A DNA stretch of 64,000 nt from Rhynchobatus australiae (GCA_034780895.1 JAUZTB010000118.1:11961317-12025316); one strand, 5' to 3'. Shown: positions 49,369-62,909, numbered from the stretch's first letter. Notes: generated by a model from the letters alone, not told the origin. Program-made: numbers and translations.

Positions 49369-52237
49369 TTACTTTTTTGCAAAGTTAAGTTGTGATGGTA
49401 TGCTGTTGAATTATTTTCTTCTGTTATATGGCCCTCTCTTTTGTATGACAGAGTTGCTTTGAGGAGCTGTGGACCCCAGTAAGTTGGAATGTTACAGAAG
49501 GAATGTCATAATGATGAACCAACCAATAGGCAGCAATGCCATCTGAATTGTTACGAGAAAGCCAAGCTTTGCATTTTCCCATTTGACATTCAAGTACAAC
49601 TCCCAAAGGTAGCATTTGAATTTGCTGAAGGTGGCATGGGTTTTACTTCAGGAGGCATCTGGAAAACTTATTATTGGGAGAGGCCCAGCACTTTCAGAGG
49701 CAGTACAACTGCTTCTGTTACTTTCTGGTAAGTGAGAGTGGATCTGATCCTATACTCCAAGTTGGGACATGCTTGGTTACAAAAATTTGATTTGCATACC
49801 AGTCCAAGTTTGATATCAGGAATCTCTTCTTCATACTTGGAAATCCACTTGGGCCACAGAAATCTGGAAGTCTCTAATCTAAAGAGCCATTGAAAGCAGT
49901 CTAATTGAAAATCTTAAAACAGATTGCAAGATGTTTGTCAGGTTGAGATGTTATGAGTCATGACCCTGGAAATTTAGATATGATATATAGTAGCTCTATG
50001 TGGTAGCTTCAGTACATTGTTCTCTGCCTCTGAAATTCATTCCATTGAAATTCATTCATTCTGTTTATTGGAGGTAAGTTAGATCTTGGACAGGCAAACA
50101 GATTTAAGATATAAAACAGACATGATCTATTTATAAAAAACTTATCATGCTTATAAAATGGGAACAAAATCAACAGCACACCTACACATAATGCTGTCAC
50201 AACTAAAATAATTCTTCTCCCTGTACAAACAAGAGTCTTATAAACTACCTTGTTTTATAAAATTCCAGCTCGCATCTGAAGGCAATAATAATCTGCAATC
50301 TAGCAGTGGGGGATGGTTTCTCAGAACACACTTCAACATGATATTTTTTGCAATGATACAGCTTGACNNNNNNNNNNNNNNNNNNNNNNNNNNNNNNNNN
50401 NNNNNNNNNNNNNNNNNNNNNNNNNNNNNNNNNNNNNNNNNNNNNNNNNNNNNNNNNNNNNNNNNNNCTTTTTGTGTCAACTGGAATCACATGATTTGAC
50501 CAATTAAACACATTTAGGATCATAGATATGGGTCTCTTTTTAAGAGGTGCTAACTTGATTATGTACACATTCTAATTAAATGAACAAGGTTCAGGTGTAT
50601 AATTAAATTATGTCCATTGAGAACTGTACAGAGGAAGATACTGTAAGATATTAAACCACATTTGGGCTGCAAAGGGTACAAAATAACAAATAGCTTTTCC
50701 ATTATGACATGAATAGCTGTGTATTATGATATGCACTGCACATGAAATTTCTGTATGGGCAAATTACATTTCATCACTTAGAACAATAGTTCCATTGTCC
50801 TGTACTAATACCTCAAGTAATGAAAATTGAAACGATCAAATATAATGTTTGATGAAAATAATTTTCTGTGGTTTAAACAAGAGCACCATGCAACAAAATC
50901 TGAGAAATATCATAAGACACCAGCAAATGGATAATAATCTTGAAATATATAAAGCAGAGATTTTATTTTCAGGTTTTTGGCACAAGAACCATCACTATAG
51001 ACCTCCCAGCAACTGCTTGAAAAGCAGTCCCAGAAGAGCCTGCAGTTTACACTAACCGGTGGAAACCTGAATGAGCTTCAGTGGGTTTGCAGCCAGGAAT
51101 TTCACTGGAAATTTCAGGGTTCTTTATGATTAACGTTATCCAGCTGAGAGCTTGCTATCTTGAAATCAAAATACTAACCACGTTCATGTGCATTGCAAAA
51201 TAAAAAACAACCTACTAATGAGATAAAGCACGACTGTGCGAAATTATAAAGACCATTCGTGCATTCTTTGCTTTGACATGACAGGTCTATTTGAATAGAT
51301 AATCATGCTGCAAAATGCCTTCCTTTATCTGCCTTTGTTATTGCATGTGGGCAGTATCAAGCATTGGGCATCTCAAAAGGATAAGAAGGATAGACTGCTG
51401 AGAATGTTGAGGTAGGCACGCTCCACTGGAAAAATCTGAAAACAGCCATAAAACTGTGCATATTTCAACATTAACTCTGGTACTTTCTCAGTATTGTGGT
51501 GAGTAATGCAACCTAATCCTTTTCTTGTTAGTCTTTGTAGTGTGGCTGAGTGCACGATCCAAAGAGAGTGATATTACACTAGATCTTTTTATCAGAAAAA
51601 TACCACAGGCAGGATTACTAATATGCAATAGTTATTTTCACATTTACATATCTTTTATAAGTTGAATGCAGTGTACAAACTTAAATTGAGAAGAAAGTTA
51701 TGCTCTGTTTGCTTTTTTGTCAAGAAATGGTGAAAAATATATATTTTGTGAGTCGCCTAACCATATCAGTTCAATGTATATGATAGGGTTATGATCCAGA
51801 GACTGTGATATTTTCCTGCATCATTCAGTTATACAAATTCCAGTGTCAGCTCTCATCAAACATAAACAATTTGGTTGTGGGAATCTGCTTCTGGTGCTTA
51901 CTTTCCATCTCAATGCTTCCAGCAACAAATAAAAAGGTCCAAATATCTTTAGGTCCACACATTAGAAAAAAAATCATACCTTGTCCAAAATATTGAAGTG
52001 TCCTAAATAATCACATTTCCTGATGATGGAACAATTCTGGAATCCCAAAAAACCACACCAGTCCAGATACTTTGCTGGTTCCCCTTTCTGTAATATGGCA
52101 ACAATATTTCATTTTCATGTTCTCAACCATGCTGAATGTGTTCATTCATTCACGGGAGGGAAAGGTCACATCTCATCATGGTAGGAACTGTTGGGTTGTG
52201 GCTGGAGAACTGTCCATGTATTACAGTTGTGACAAAG

Positions 52238-52845
52238 TTGGTATTGGTATTGGTTTATTATTGTCACTTGTACCAAGGTACAGTGAAAAATTTGTCGCAT
52301 ACAGTTCGTACAGATCAATTCATTACACAGTGCATTGAGGTAGTACAGGATAAAAAAATAACAGAATACAGAGTAAGGTGTTACAGCTACAGAGGAAGTG
52401 CAGTGCAGGTAGACAATAAGTTGCAAGGTCATAACAAGGCAGATTATGAGGTCTATTTTATCATATAAGGGAACTGTTCAATAGTCATATCACAGTGGGG
52501 TAGAAGCTGTCCTTGAGCCCGGTGGTATGTGCCCTCAGGCTCCTGTATCTTCTGCCTGATGGGTGAGGGGAGAAGAGAGAATGTCCCAGGTGTGGGGTGT
52601 CTTTGATTATGCTGGCTGCTTCGCCGAGGCAGCGAGAGGTATAGACAGAGTCCATGGAGGGGCGGCTGGTTTCCGTGGTTTGCTGGGCTGTGTCCACAAC
52701 TCTCTGCAGTTTCTTGAGGTCCCAGGCAGAGCAGTTGCCATACCAAGCTATGATGCATCCAGATAGGATGCTTTCTATGGTGCATTGATAAAAGTTGCTG
52801 AGTGTCAAAGGGGAACGTGCCAAATTTCTTAGCCTCCTGAAGAAG
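52238..52845 (-). mobile_element. Rex1/Babar LINE, ORF C-terminus and 3'UTR
   Basis: ORF 52485-52823 LSNFYQCTIESILSGCIIAWYGNC...LQRVVDTAQ...IIKD..H.GHSLF...SGRRYRSLRAHTTGLKDSFYP is the characteristic Rex1 post-RT region; (ccaata)n tail. Confidence 0.92.
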
Positions 52846-54254
52846 TAGATCAGTGCCCCACATCAAGGTGCACCAATTAGCTGTTGATTTAGAGTGCTTG
52901 CATTCTGACTATTCTGTTCACTCTTGTATTTCAGAATGTGATTGTATGCAGACAATGTTCATGGTCATCTCCAGATCCTAGCTGAAGCTGTCAGATGTAT
53001 CTCCTTTAATTCACCAAAACTACCTTCCAGAGGTTTGTGGTTGGAGAGGATTATAAAGTTCCATCCATACATTTGGAATTTTGTCACCTCGTAGATGACA
53101 ACTAAATCTAAGTGGTGCCCTCAGCCATTGAAAGAAATGTTGATGTAAAACAAATTGATTACTTCTTTCCGTTTTCCATAGGTTGGTTGATAGCTGTACC
53201 AGCGCCATGAGCAATGCATCACTGGACAACAGCAACGGGCTTGCTGGCTCATAATGAACAGTGGACTCAGCAGCAACTGCTTCCGCTCCTGCAACACAGC
53301 TTCTTCTTTCTTTGATCACTTCCATCTTGTCTTGTGATTCAGCAGTGCATCTAGAGGTACTAACACTTCGCTTAACAATGGCAGGAACCATCTATAATAA
53401 TTGTGGAGTTTTACGTAGGCCTGTTGGCTTGACTAGATGCATCCAACACTTTTCCTCAGCTGGGTGGAGTCCTTCAATGTAACACACTTTTGAGGCAACA
53501 AAAACACACTTGTCTTTCCTCCTCAGCTTCATGGTACCAACTGGCCAATGTCATCTATATTCTCCTCACGCATCACTAATACTGTAGTACCAGTCTTGAT
53601 TTCCATTGATGCGCTCTCTTCATTGCATGATTGGGGAGATTCAGGTCTTCTGACATGAGGAATCCATCATGAAGCAACCATCTCGGTCACCACCTTATTT
53701 ACCTGGTCTGTGTATATGATACCCTTTATTATTCTTCCCAAGAGCCTCATGCCAATTGGTTACTTGAGTTTGCCATGGTCTTGCTTTGCTTTCAAGCAAA
53801 CTGTTGACAGATATCTCTTAAGGCCACTAGTATGGTACACTGACTCTGTGTCCTCACTTCTTATCTGGATGTTCAGTACAAGTGCTTCTTCCTGTTTTTG
53901 AATGATGTCGTAGAGCTAATTCCCACTTGCTGACTACACTGAGTCTCTGCTGGGTGGTGTTGCAAAGCCTGTGCTTGCTTGACCATTATCTCCATTGCAC
54001 GGGCAATATCCGATGTGGCTTGGAATTCAAGTACTTCTCACTCACCAGCTCTTTTGATTACGTACATAAACCACACAATCCCACAACATCTCTCCTCCAG
54101 ACTTGTACCACACTCACAGTGCTCAGGAAAATGTCACAAATCTGTCACATCCTCTAGAGCAGGTTCACCTGGATGCTGATTCTTTCTGTTAAAATATTAC
54201 CATTGAACTTTGGCACTTGGGTGAGGCAGCCTTGCTCTTCAGCCACAATAAACA

Positions 54255-54537
54255 GGCATGGTAGTATAGTGGTTAGCGTAACGTTTTATAGTGCCAGCGA
54301 CACAGGTTCAAATCCGGCCACTGTCTGTAAGGAGTTTGTACGTTCTTCCCGCATCTGCGTGGGTCTCCTCCTGGCGCTCCGGTTTCCTTCCACATTCCAA
54401 AGACGTTAGGAAGTTGTGGGCATGCTATGTTGGCACCGGAAGCATGGTGACACTTGTGGGCTACCCCCAGAACGCAGCCCAAAAAGATGCATTTCACTGT
54501 GTGTTTCAATGTACATGTGACTAATAACGATATCTTA
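54255..54537 (+). mobile_element. V-SINE family B, full length
   Basis: Highly similar to 22358-22645 over its whole length. Confidence 0.92.
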
Positions 54538-55019
54538 AACAACTCTACTAATGCCTTGTCTCCTGGCTTGTACATCTTAGCACCTACTGATTTCTTCTTC
54601 CCACCTGGAATATCATTTGCAATGAAGAAGTGTTCTGTTCTTAGTACATATTCAATACCTAACTTGATCATGCTCGATTTTTACTCCAAAAAGCACTGGT
54701 GCTTAGTTAGGCCATTGGCTGCACTTTCAGGCCAAAAGCTCCTGTTTGACTTCTACACCTTGACTTAGACTCGCCTTTACTGGCGCTCAGGAGCATGCTG
54801 CAAAACCTCCCAAAATTAGTCCTGAAATAAACATCAGACTTAGTCCTCATCATAATTATCATAATAGCACAATTAAATTGATCCACACATGTGTAGAACA
54901 AAGGGAAGTCCCAACTCATAATGAGGTGGTTTAACATGTACAAATCAGACTTAGGGAAGAATTCCATTGCAAGGGCTATGCTGAGCTTTAATTGACGACA
55001 AAGTTGTAAACATTGTTTC

Positions 55020-55490
55020 ATTATACTTAACGAGGATGTTGCCAGGACTCGAGGGACTGAGCCATAGAGAAAGGTTGAGCAAGCTAGGATTTTATTCATT
55101 GGAGCACAGGAGAATGAGGGGTGATCTTATAGAGGCGAATAAGATCATGAGGGGTGTGGATAGAGTGAATGCACACAGTCTTTTTCCCAGCGTTGGGAAT
55201 CAAGTACTAGAGGGTATAGGTTTAAGGTGTGAGGGGAGAGATGTAATAGGGACTTGAGGGGCAACTTTTTCACCCAGAGGGTGGTCCATATATGGAATGA
55301 ACAGCCAGAGGAAGTGGTTGAGGCAGGTACATTAACAACACTTTAAAGGCACTTGGAAAAGTACCTGGATAGGAAAGGTTTGGAGGGACATGAGCCAAAC
55401 ATGGGCAAATGGGACTAGCTTTAATGGGCTTTGTGGTCAGCATGGACCAGATGGGCTGAAGGGCCTCTTTCCATGCAGTATGACGCTATT
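55020..55490 (+). mobile_element. CR1 3' end
   Basis: MLPGLEGLSHRERLSKLGFYSLEHRRMRGDLIE (55036-55257); tail gatgggctgaagggcctctttccatgcagtatgac. Confidence 0.92.
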
Positions 55491-56879
55491 GCTTCATTAG
55501 TTAACATTTGGGAAGAGGTGATAGTGGCAAGGCCAGCAAATATTAGAAATCTCTAATTGCCCTAGGGCAAGGTGATGGTGGTGCGCTACTTTCTTGAACC
55601 ACTGCAGTACTACTGATGAAGATATTCTCACGATGCTGTTGGGAAGGAATTCTAGGGCTTAGACCCAACAACAATTCAAGTCAGGTTGGTGTGTGATCTC
55701 GAGGGAAACCCACGTGTTCCCATGACCCTGCTGCCCTTGTTCTTGGTGCGAGAGGTCATGGGTTTGGGAGGGAATGATTGTTCAGGGTGGTGGAGGGGGA
55801 CCAATCAAAGCCAATCAGATGTTTTATCCTTCAACTTGGAGACATAGAGTTCATACAGCACAGAAACAGGCCCTTTGGCCCACTGTATCCATGGCAAACA
55901 TTAATTACCCATCTATACTAACCTATGGGAGGCTGGAGGACCATCACAGAGCAGGGAGATGGGGCAGATACTCAAAGGGAAGAGGGTGTATGGGGTAAAG
56001 GAGAGGATAGGTGATGTTGGTGGAGGAATGTGAGGAAGAGGCAGTGGCAAAACCACCTGTGCCCAAGCCCATTTGTGTATCTGTTGGTCAAATGCTGCCT
56101 TGATGTAAAGGGCAATCAACTCCAGGGCCCATATTTGGGCCAAGGCTGTGATGCAGTGTAGATTCAAACAGTGAAACCCCAACCATGCATCAAAGAGTTG
56201 GTTGTTAGTGGTTTTAAGTGTCACTTAACAGTACTGTTGATCTTACCTTCTATAACTTTGCTGATGATATGGTCCTAATGCAGGCAAATGGGATTGGTGT
56301 AGATGGGCAAGAATGTTGGTATGACATGGTGTGCCAAAAGGCCCATTTCTGTGCTGTGTGATTCCATGACGCTTGAGAGTAGACATAGGGTGGCTAATAG
56401 CCAGAAGAGATTTGTCCAGCGTTTTGTGAAGATGACATATTGGATACGTCCTCTTCACAAAGCACAGGGCCAAGTCACGAAACACAGGACAAAATCACAA
56501 AACACACCACAAAATTGGGTAACTTTCTACATGGTCAGGTGGATACTGGTGTTGTAACTGTACTGGAAGAGCATTAGTGAACCAGAAGGGATTTTACTAC
56601 AATTTGGCAGTTTCATGTTTGTCATTACTAATGGCAAATATTTAAAAAATAAATTCCAGATCATTAACTTAAGTTAAAGTCCACAGCTGCTATAGTGGGA
56701 TTCAAAGTCACATTTGTTATTATTAGTTTAGGCTTTTTTAATTTTTAAGTTTTAAGTTTTATTCACAGCGTGGTCACAGACCCTTCCGGTCCAACGAGTC
56801 TGCGCCGCCCATTTGAAGCCCCAAATTAACCTACTACCCTACTAGGGCAGTAACTTAACCATTGTACCACTTTAAAGGT

Positions 56880-57625
56880 ACAAACAGAAGCAGGTCATTT
56901 GGCCCCTTGTGCCTGCTTATTCATTCATTAAGATTTTGGCTGATCTTTATTTAAGTCCCATTTTCCTGCACTAACCCCATATCCTTTGCTTTCCTTCATA
57001 TCAAAACAAAATCTATTCATCTCTATCATGAATGTACTCAGCAATTGAGCCTCCACACCTACCTGAGGAAGAGAATTCCAAAAATTCACCACCCTCTCTG
57101 GGCAAAGAATGTTCTTCTCATTTCCATCCTGAATGGCTGACCACTTATCTTGAGAATGTGATCCATGGATGTAGACAGCATAGCCAGGGGAAACATCAAC
57201 TCTGCATCGAACTTGTCAAGCCCCATAAGCACTTTATATGTTTCAAAGAGATTATCTTTCATTCCTCTAAACTCCAGAGAGTATAGGCCCAGTCTGCTTA
57301 TTTTTTCCTCATATGACAAAGGAATCAATCTGGTGAACCTTCATTGCACTCCCTCGATTGCGTTTATCTTTCCCTAGGTAGGGAGACCAGATCTATGCAC
57401 AATATTCCAGATGTGGTCTCACCAGGGTCCTATATAATTGGAGCAAAGCATAGGTCATTTGGTTGTTTGTGCCTGCTCCTTCATTCAGTAAGATCTCAGC
57501 TGATCTTTTACATTATCCTGCACTCAAATCCTTTTGCAACAAGGCCAAAGCACAAACTGCCTTCGGAATTGCTTGGTACACCTGCAAATTAACTTTCAGT
57601 GACTTGTGTACAAGGACACCCAGGT
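56880..57625 (-). mobile_element. CR1 3' region
   Basis: ORF 57086-57328 LSYEEKISRLGLYSLEFRGMKDNLFETYKVL...RRTFFAQR. Confidence 0.88.
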
Positions 57626-59029
57626 CCCACTGAAATTTTATGGAATCTTGCTGATTAATCATGGGTTATTGCAGAAAATGCTTCAAGCAGCTTCTTCTGG
57701 TATCAATCCAGGGCAGCCACATCTTTTTGTGAGTTTCTGCAGCTGTTGTGCTGGAGTCCAAGGTGCAATCACAAAGAGAGCACAAACCAAGTCGACAATC
57801 AAGGATCACGAACATCAAATTTCATTTCATTTATTATGAGTAAGCACACACTGATGAGATTGCAGAAGGGGAATGAGCAATGGGAACATATCGTATAGAG
57901 AAAAGGATGATTTTCAAGTGATCATTAATTACCTTTGTTTCCTTCCAGTGATATCCACAGGGGTTCATTGAAGAGCAAGTAAAATAATTTGGATCAGAAA
58001 TCTGTGTTACAGACACGAGAAAGCCTGGAAGAGATTATATTTTGGAATTCTACATTGGTTGGTGAATGTGTAAATTGAAATAATAATGCTTGGCGTCTTT
58101 ACAAATATTGTAAGAGATCATAAGCTCGGATTCAAAAAAGATAAATTGACATTCTAAATTTAAGTAGTTTGCACAAATGTGGTAAGTAAATAGAAAAGAA
58201 TTCTATGGAAATAGTGGAGTCAGATTATGTTGGCAAATACTAGGGGAACTGGAGAGATAGCTGGTAGTAAGAGGATAATATTTTTCAAACCTTTGGTCTA
58301 ACTAAATAAACAGGAATGGTCTTTTCAGCTCTGTAATGGGAAAGATGATTTTTGAACATGCACAAAAAACATGCAAAATTCTATTGGAAATTCAGTTACT
58401 TCCATCAGGGAAAAGTGCAATAGTCCTTGAAATGTTAATTCAATGAAGTGTAGTGATTACAACCATGCTTTTTGCATTGTAAGTTAAATGCTAAAAAACT
58501 TATATTTTTTCATATACAACACTAGATGCTGAACTCATGGAGAAATTTAGGTCTTGCAAATGGCATTTTTGATCATCCTGAGAATATCACAGTGATGCTC
58601 ATTACAGGTTCCACATTACCAATGGATTGACTTCCAGATAGTTTAGAGAAGATCTGGATAATGAAATTCCATCCAGTCTTTTGTCCGTGTAATGAGCAGG
58701 TCAATAAAAAGTCAATTTCAGTTGCAGATTGAACCCAGTCAAGTCACACACAGGGCATTGTGGATTTGGGGGTTATATTTTGTGGAAATCAAATAACTTC
58801 CAGATGAGAAATGCATTTAACAGGCAACCTTATAGCTTGTATTTTGGGACTCAGATAGAAGGCCACAGGGAAACCCTAGGACATGTCTTCCCACTGTTCC
58901 CCAGTGGTCACCTGTCTGGATCCTGATAGCAATCGTCCTTCCTGAGATCCAGCAACATTCTTTATCCAATTTCTTGAGCCAACTCAGTGCTGAGCTCATC
59001 TTTGAAGAAAAATCAAAAGTTTCCATTTG

Positions 59030-59335
59030 CAACAAACAAGGTGCTGGAGGAACTCAGTGGGTCAGGCACCTATCATGTCCCAGCTTCTGTCACTATTTCC
59101 ACTCTCTCCTCCTCTATGTGCCTATCACCCCTCCTCACCTGGATCCACCTATCACTTGCCAGCTCTTGCTCCATCCCTTCCCTTCACCTTTTTATATTGA
59201 CTATCTCAGTCCAGATGGAGGGTCTCGACCCAAAACAGTGACTGTCCATTTCCCTCCATCGATGGACTCGCTGAGTTCCTCCAGCTTCTTGTTCGTTGAT
59301 ACAGATTCCAGCATCGACAGTCTCTTGTGTCTCCA
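59030..59335 (+). mobile_element. Penelope-like 3' terminus with an inverted partial copy
   Basis: 59030-59063 is the reverse complement (29/34) of 59265-59298; the pyrimidine-rich body resembles the 3' flank of the Penelope fragment at 10145-10500. Confidence 0.75.
59207..59244 (+). ncRNA. Degenerate minimal hammerhead-ribozyme motif
   Basis: cagtc-CAGATGG-a-gggtc-tc-gaccc-AAAA-cagt-gactg: stems I and II are perfect; the core deviates from CTGANGA/GAAA. Confidence 0.55.
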
Positions 59336-59439
59336 ACAGTTTTCATTTTTCCATCTAGAATGCATTATGGGCATTTGTGACCATGGACCATGGTCAATCC
59401 ATTGACCATGACCAATGCAACAAAGAAAACACTAGGATG

Positions 59440-59590
59440 AGTGGGCGGCACAGTGATGCAGGTAATAGAGATGCTGTTTAACAGTGCCAGAGACCCAGGT
59501 TCAGTCCTGACCTTGGGTGCTGTCTTTGTGAAGTTTGCATGATACCCCCATGACCATGTGGATTTCCTCCAAATGCTCTGGTTTCTATTA
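59440..59590 (+). mobile_element. HE1-like V-SINE 5' half
   Basis: gggcggcacagtgatgcaggtaatagag...gacccaggttcagtcctgacc. Confidence 0.75.
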
Positions 59591-59880
59591 CTATTGAAGA
59601 CAACGCAACATAGAAATCTTATGGCTTGCTGGTAATTAGTGAAGTTATTGCCAAAAGGGTTCATGGAATGATTCAGCTCCATGGGTTTTATATTAGATAC
59701 CACTGAGTACTAGATTAGTTCTATGGGTACCATTGTGAGGTTGCACTGTACTTCATTACTATTGACTTATTCAAATCTCATACAATACTAATAGTATAAA
59801 ATAATAAAATCAAGGATTCATGCTTGTGTATTTGTACTTTTGATCCCCAGACCAACTCAGAAATATGTCTCAGAACTTCT

Positions 59881-60020
59881 GGAAACACTTAGCAGGTCAG
59901 GCAGCATCTGCTGAAGCCTGAAATGTTAACATTGTTTCTTGATAAGCAGATGCTGCCTGACCTGCTGAGTATTTCTGCATTTTACTGTTTTTGTTTCGGA
60001 TTCTCAGCATCTGCAATTTT
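59881..60020. repeat. Inverted pair of Penelope termini (fold-back)
   Basis: Perfect 22-bp inverted repeat agcaggtcaggcagcatctgct (59891-59912) / agcagatgctgcctgacctgct (59945-59966) with a 32-nt spacer. Confidence 0.9.
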
Positions 60021-61399
60021 TTTTACTTTCAGAAACATATCTCGGTTGTCCATTAGGTCACTTGGTAATACATGTTATACATTTACAAAGGTTGCAGAAA
60101 TAAGGTTCTGTTTTAACTTCATTTTTTTAATCATTCAATCATTCATGTCCCAACATGTCCAGAATTTTAAATTGTAGTAAAAGGATAATCATTTAATATT
60201 GTTTCAAAACAAAAGGAATGAAGGAGGGTCTGAGGAAAAGTTTCAAATGAAAGAAAAACATTTTAAAATGGATGTTAAGAAGAAGTTCTTCAGTCAAAGG
60301 CTGGAAATTGGTGGAAGCTGCACCCCTTGTAACTGCTATCAAAGCATCCCATGTTGTGGCTGTGGAGTACAGCACAAAGAATAGAGGTGTCTCCCAACCA
60401 AGAGTCAAGGCGGTGTGTTGACAGCATTTCTGTAGTACCTTGAAAATTCCTTGCAGGACCAGAGTGTGATTTTCAAGACTGAGAACTGGGGTAAATGCTT
60501 CTGAGCCATTTAACACCTTCCAAACTGTGTCAGATTAAGGAATATGATGATTGGGACAATTAGTTCAAGTTGAATCTTGATACTTGTCAGAGACGAAAAT
60601 CCTTTGCCATTCACCTGGGAGGGACTTGGGACAAGTTCATGGGAAGGTCAGTTGTCGTGGTGCCTTCCATTGGGTGGTTTGGGGTCAATGCTTCTGATGC
60701 ACCTCTGCAGATTCAGGTCACCTGTACTGATACATCCAACACATAGAAAATAAAAAACAAGGGACCGATGTAGGATTAGTGTAAATGGTAGGTTGATTGT
60801 CAGTGTAGACCCGATAGGATGAAGGGCCTATGTCTGTGTTGTATCTCTTTCTATGACTCTGTGATGACAATCTCATCATTTGAAATTGCTTGAATGACTC
60901 TGGCTTCCACCTTATCGCACTTTCACCGAGGATGCAGCCAAACACAGTTGCTGCTTCACATAAAGCACAAACATCGAACATTGTAAGATAAAATGCTAAA
61001 GAGCTGTTTTGAAAGACCAAAATAGCCCTTTCGTGTCTTTTGAGTGATCATCTTAGTAAACACTGGCATGGAGTCCTGTTACATGATTCCCTGAAGTCAC
61101 CTGGTTTTATTGCATTTGCATGGACCAGAGTGTACTGAAAAGTAACACTGAAATACATTATGTCAAAATTAACCTTGCAGAAAGGGGACTTGACTCCACT
61201 TCAACATTACTGAAGACTTTTTCCACTGCAAAATCCCTGCCAAAAACAATAAGAAGCGGAAAGAGTCAAAGACAAGGTCGTAAGTAAATACTTAATTCAG
61301 GCAGGGTAGCCAAGATAACCACAAGTCCACACGCTTTCTGTCAGTCACCTCCATAGTTAGTGAATTTCCCCCAAAACTGGCACAAAATAGCTTATTTAC

Positions 61400-61745
61400 A
61401 TTTATGCAAATCTGAGAGCAAATCACAACTAAAACTGCAAGTGCAGATTTATGTGCCACTTGCAACCCTTTGACATTTATCAGTTGCGAGGAACAATGGA
61501 AACTCTATAAACTGCCCCGGCTGTGACCTCCTCTAAGCTTGATGTGTGTGCACACGCGGCTCAAAATCCAGGTATAAATAAGTGACCGTGCTACACCCAG
61601 GCGTGCATCAGGTTCAGTAAAGCTCTAAAACAGAAGCCCTTTTGGTTTCAGACTTGGTTTGTGTTTTGCCAACTGCTTTGAGTTACTGTGTTTACAAGAG
61701 AATGTGCAGCTGTGTGCCTGAGAAGTACATTGATGCCTGTAAGTG
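61400..61745 (+). promoter_or_regulatory. Candidate enhancer or TATA promoter block
   Basis: Octamer ATGCAAAT 61404-61411, inverted tgcaagtg/cacttgca 61436-61464, Sox-type AACAATGG 61492-61499, TATAAATA 61573-61580, forkhead-type TGTTTAC 61689-61695, donor cct|gtaagt at 61739; repeat-free. Confidence 0.35.
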
Positions 61746-62659
61746 GAGAAGGAAGGGCAGTGCATGCTAGCTGAAATCAGGTCACGCCACATGCATGACA
61801 GAGAAGATTAAGAACACAGTGAATGGATTTTCTTTAGACTTCTGCAAGGCAGCGTACCTTTCGATTTTAGTATCGGATCAAGTTAAGTAGAACGTTTTAG
61901 GTCCCAAGAATTGGAAGTTATAAACCAATTCATTTCTGTGTTGAATCTTCCTATGTTTCCATTACCTTTTGTTTAATGCCAAACTGCATTAAAATATGTG
62001 CTGGTGTTGTAGCCCTACATCCCTTAAGATATTCATTCTATTAAACTTGCTTAGAAGTTAATGCTGTGGATTTTAACTGTTTAACTCCCAGAGAATGGCT
62101 TCTCACTCATTCCAGAGTGCAGTTGGGATACTTGGAACCAGCAGCTAGTCAATGGCCTGATTGACTGGCAAGGTTGTCCCTCGGGAGTGCCCATTGATTG
62201 ATTAGGGGCTGAGGGGGTTAGATCAATAAGCTTTTCTGGTGACATCTGGGAGCACACCTGCTCTTCCTGACAAAGAGGATGATGGTGCAAAGTAGAAGGA
62301 GGTGGTAATGAGCCAACTAGAAAACAAAAAGATGGGTATAGAGGAGGTGTAGATTGGATTAACAGAATTTCCATTCAGTCCACAAGCATGACCTCAAGCT
62401 TTTGGTTGCCTGTCACTCTTATCATCTGTCTCACTCTCTTGTTCTCTGTCCTTAGCTCCCTGCTGCCCCAGTGAAACTTAGTTTGGTGTTGAGAAACAGG
62501 ATTTCACTCTTTGACTGGGCATGTTACAAAAATTATTCTGCTCTTCTCGCTAAGAAAGACCTGATGAACGTATATTTATATTTCTAATGACACAGAAAGC
62601 CACTCAGCACATTTAAATCCATCCAGTTCTCAGAATAACCCCAGCAATCCCAAGTCAAG

Positions 62660-62845
62660 TCTCAATTCAAGTCGAGGTTATTGTCATGTGCACAAGTACG
62701 GTGAGGTACAGGTACAATGAAAAACTTGCTTGCACCAGCATCACAGACACATATATTCAGACAACACACAGAACATAAGTTATGCATAAATTATACAAGA
62801 CAGTGAAAAAAACTGCGCAAAACAAGACATTAGTGCAAAACAAAA
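62660..62845 (-). mobile_element. Rex1-like LINE 3' end (different subfamily)
   Basis: ttattgtcatgtgcacaagtacggtgaggtacaggtacaatgaaaaacttgcttgca resembles the Rex1 tail. Confidence 0.55.
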
Positions 62846-62909
62846 TCACTTGTGTGCTTAATTCCTGAAAACCTGTTTTTTCTCATATATGTTCATCAAC
62901 TCCACCCTG

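Noticed and set aside
53020-54180. 123-aa ORF and neighbouring short ORFs
   Set aside because: No recognisable protein or consistent splice structure; probably the decayed interior of an old DNA transposon.
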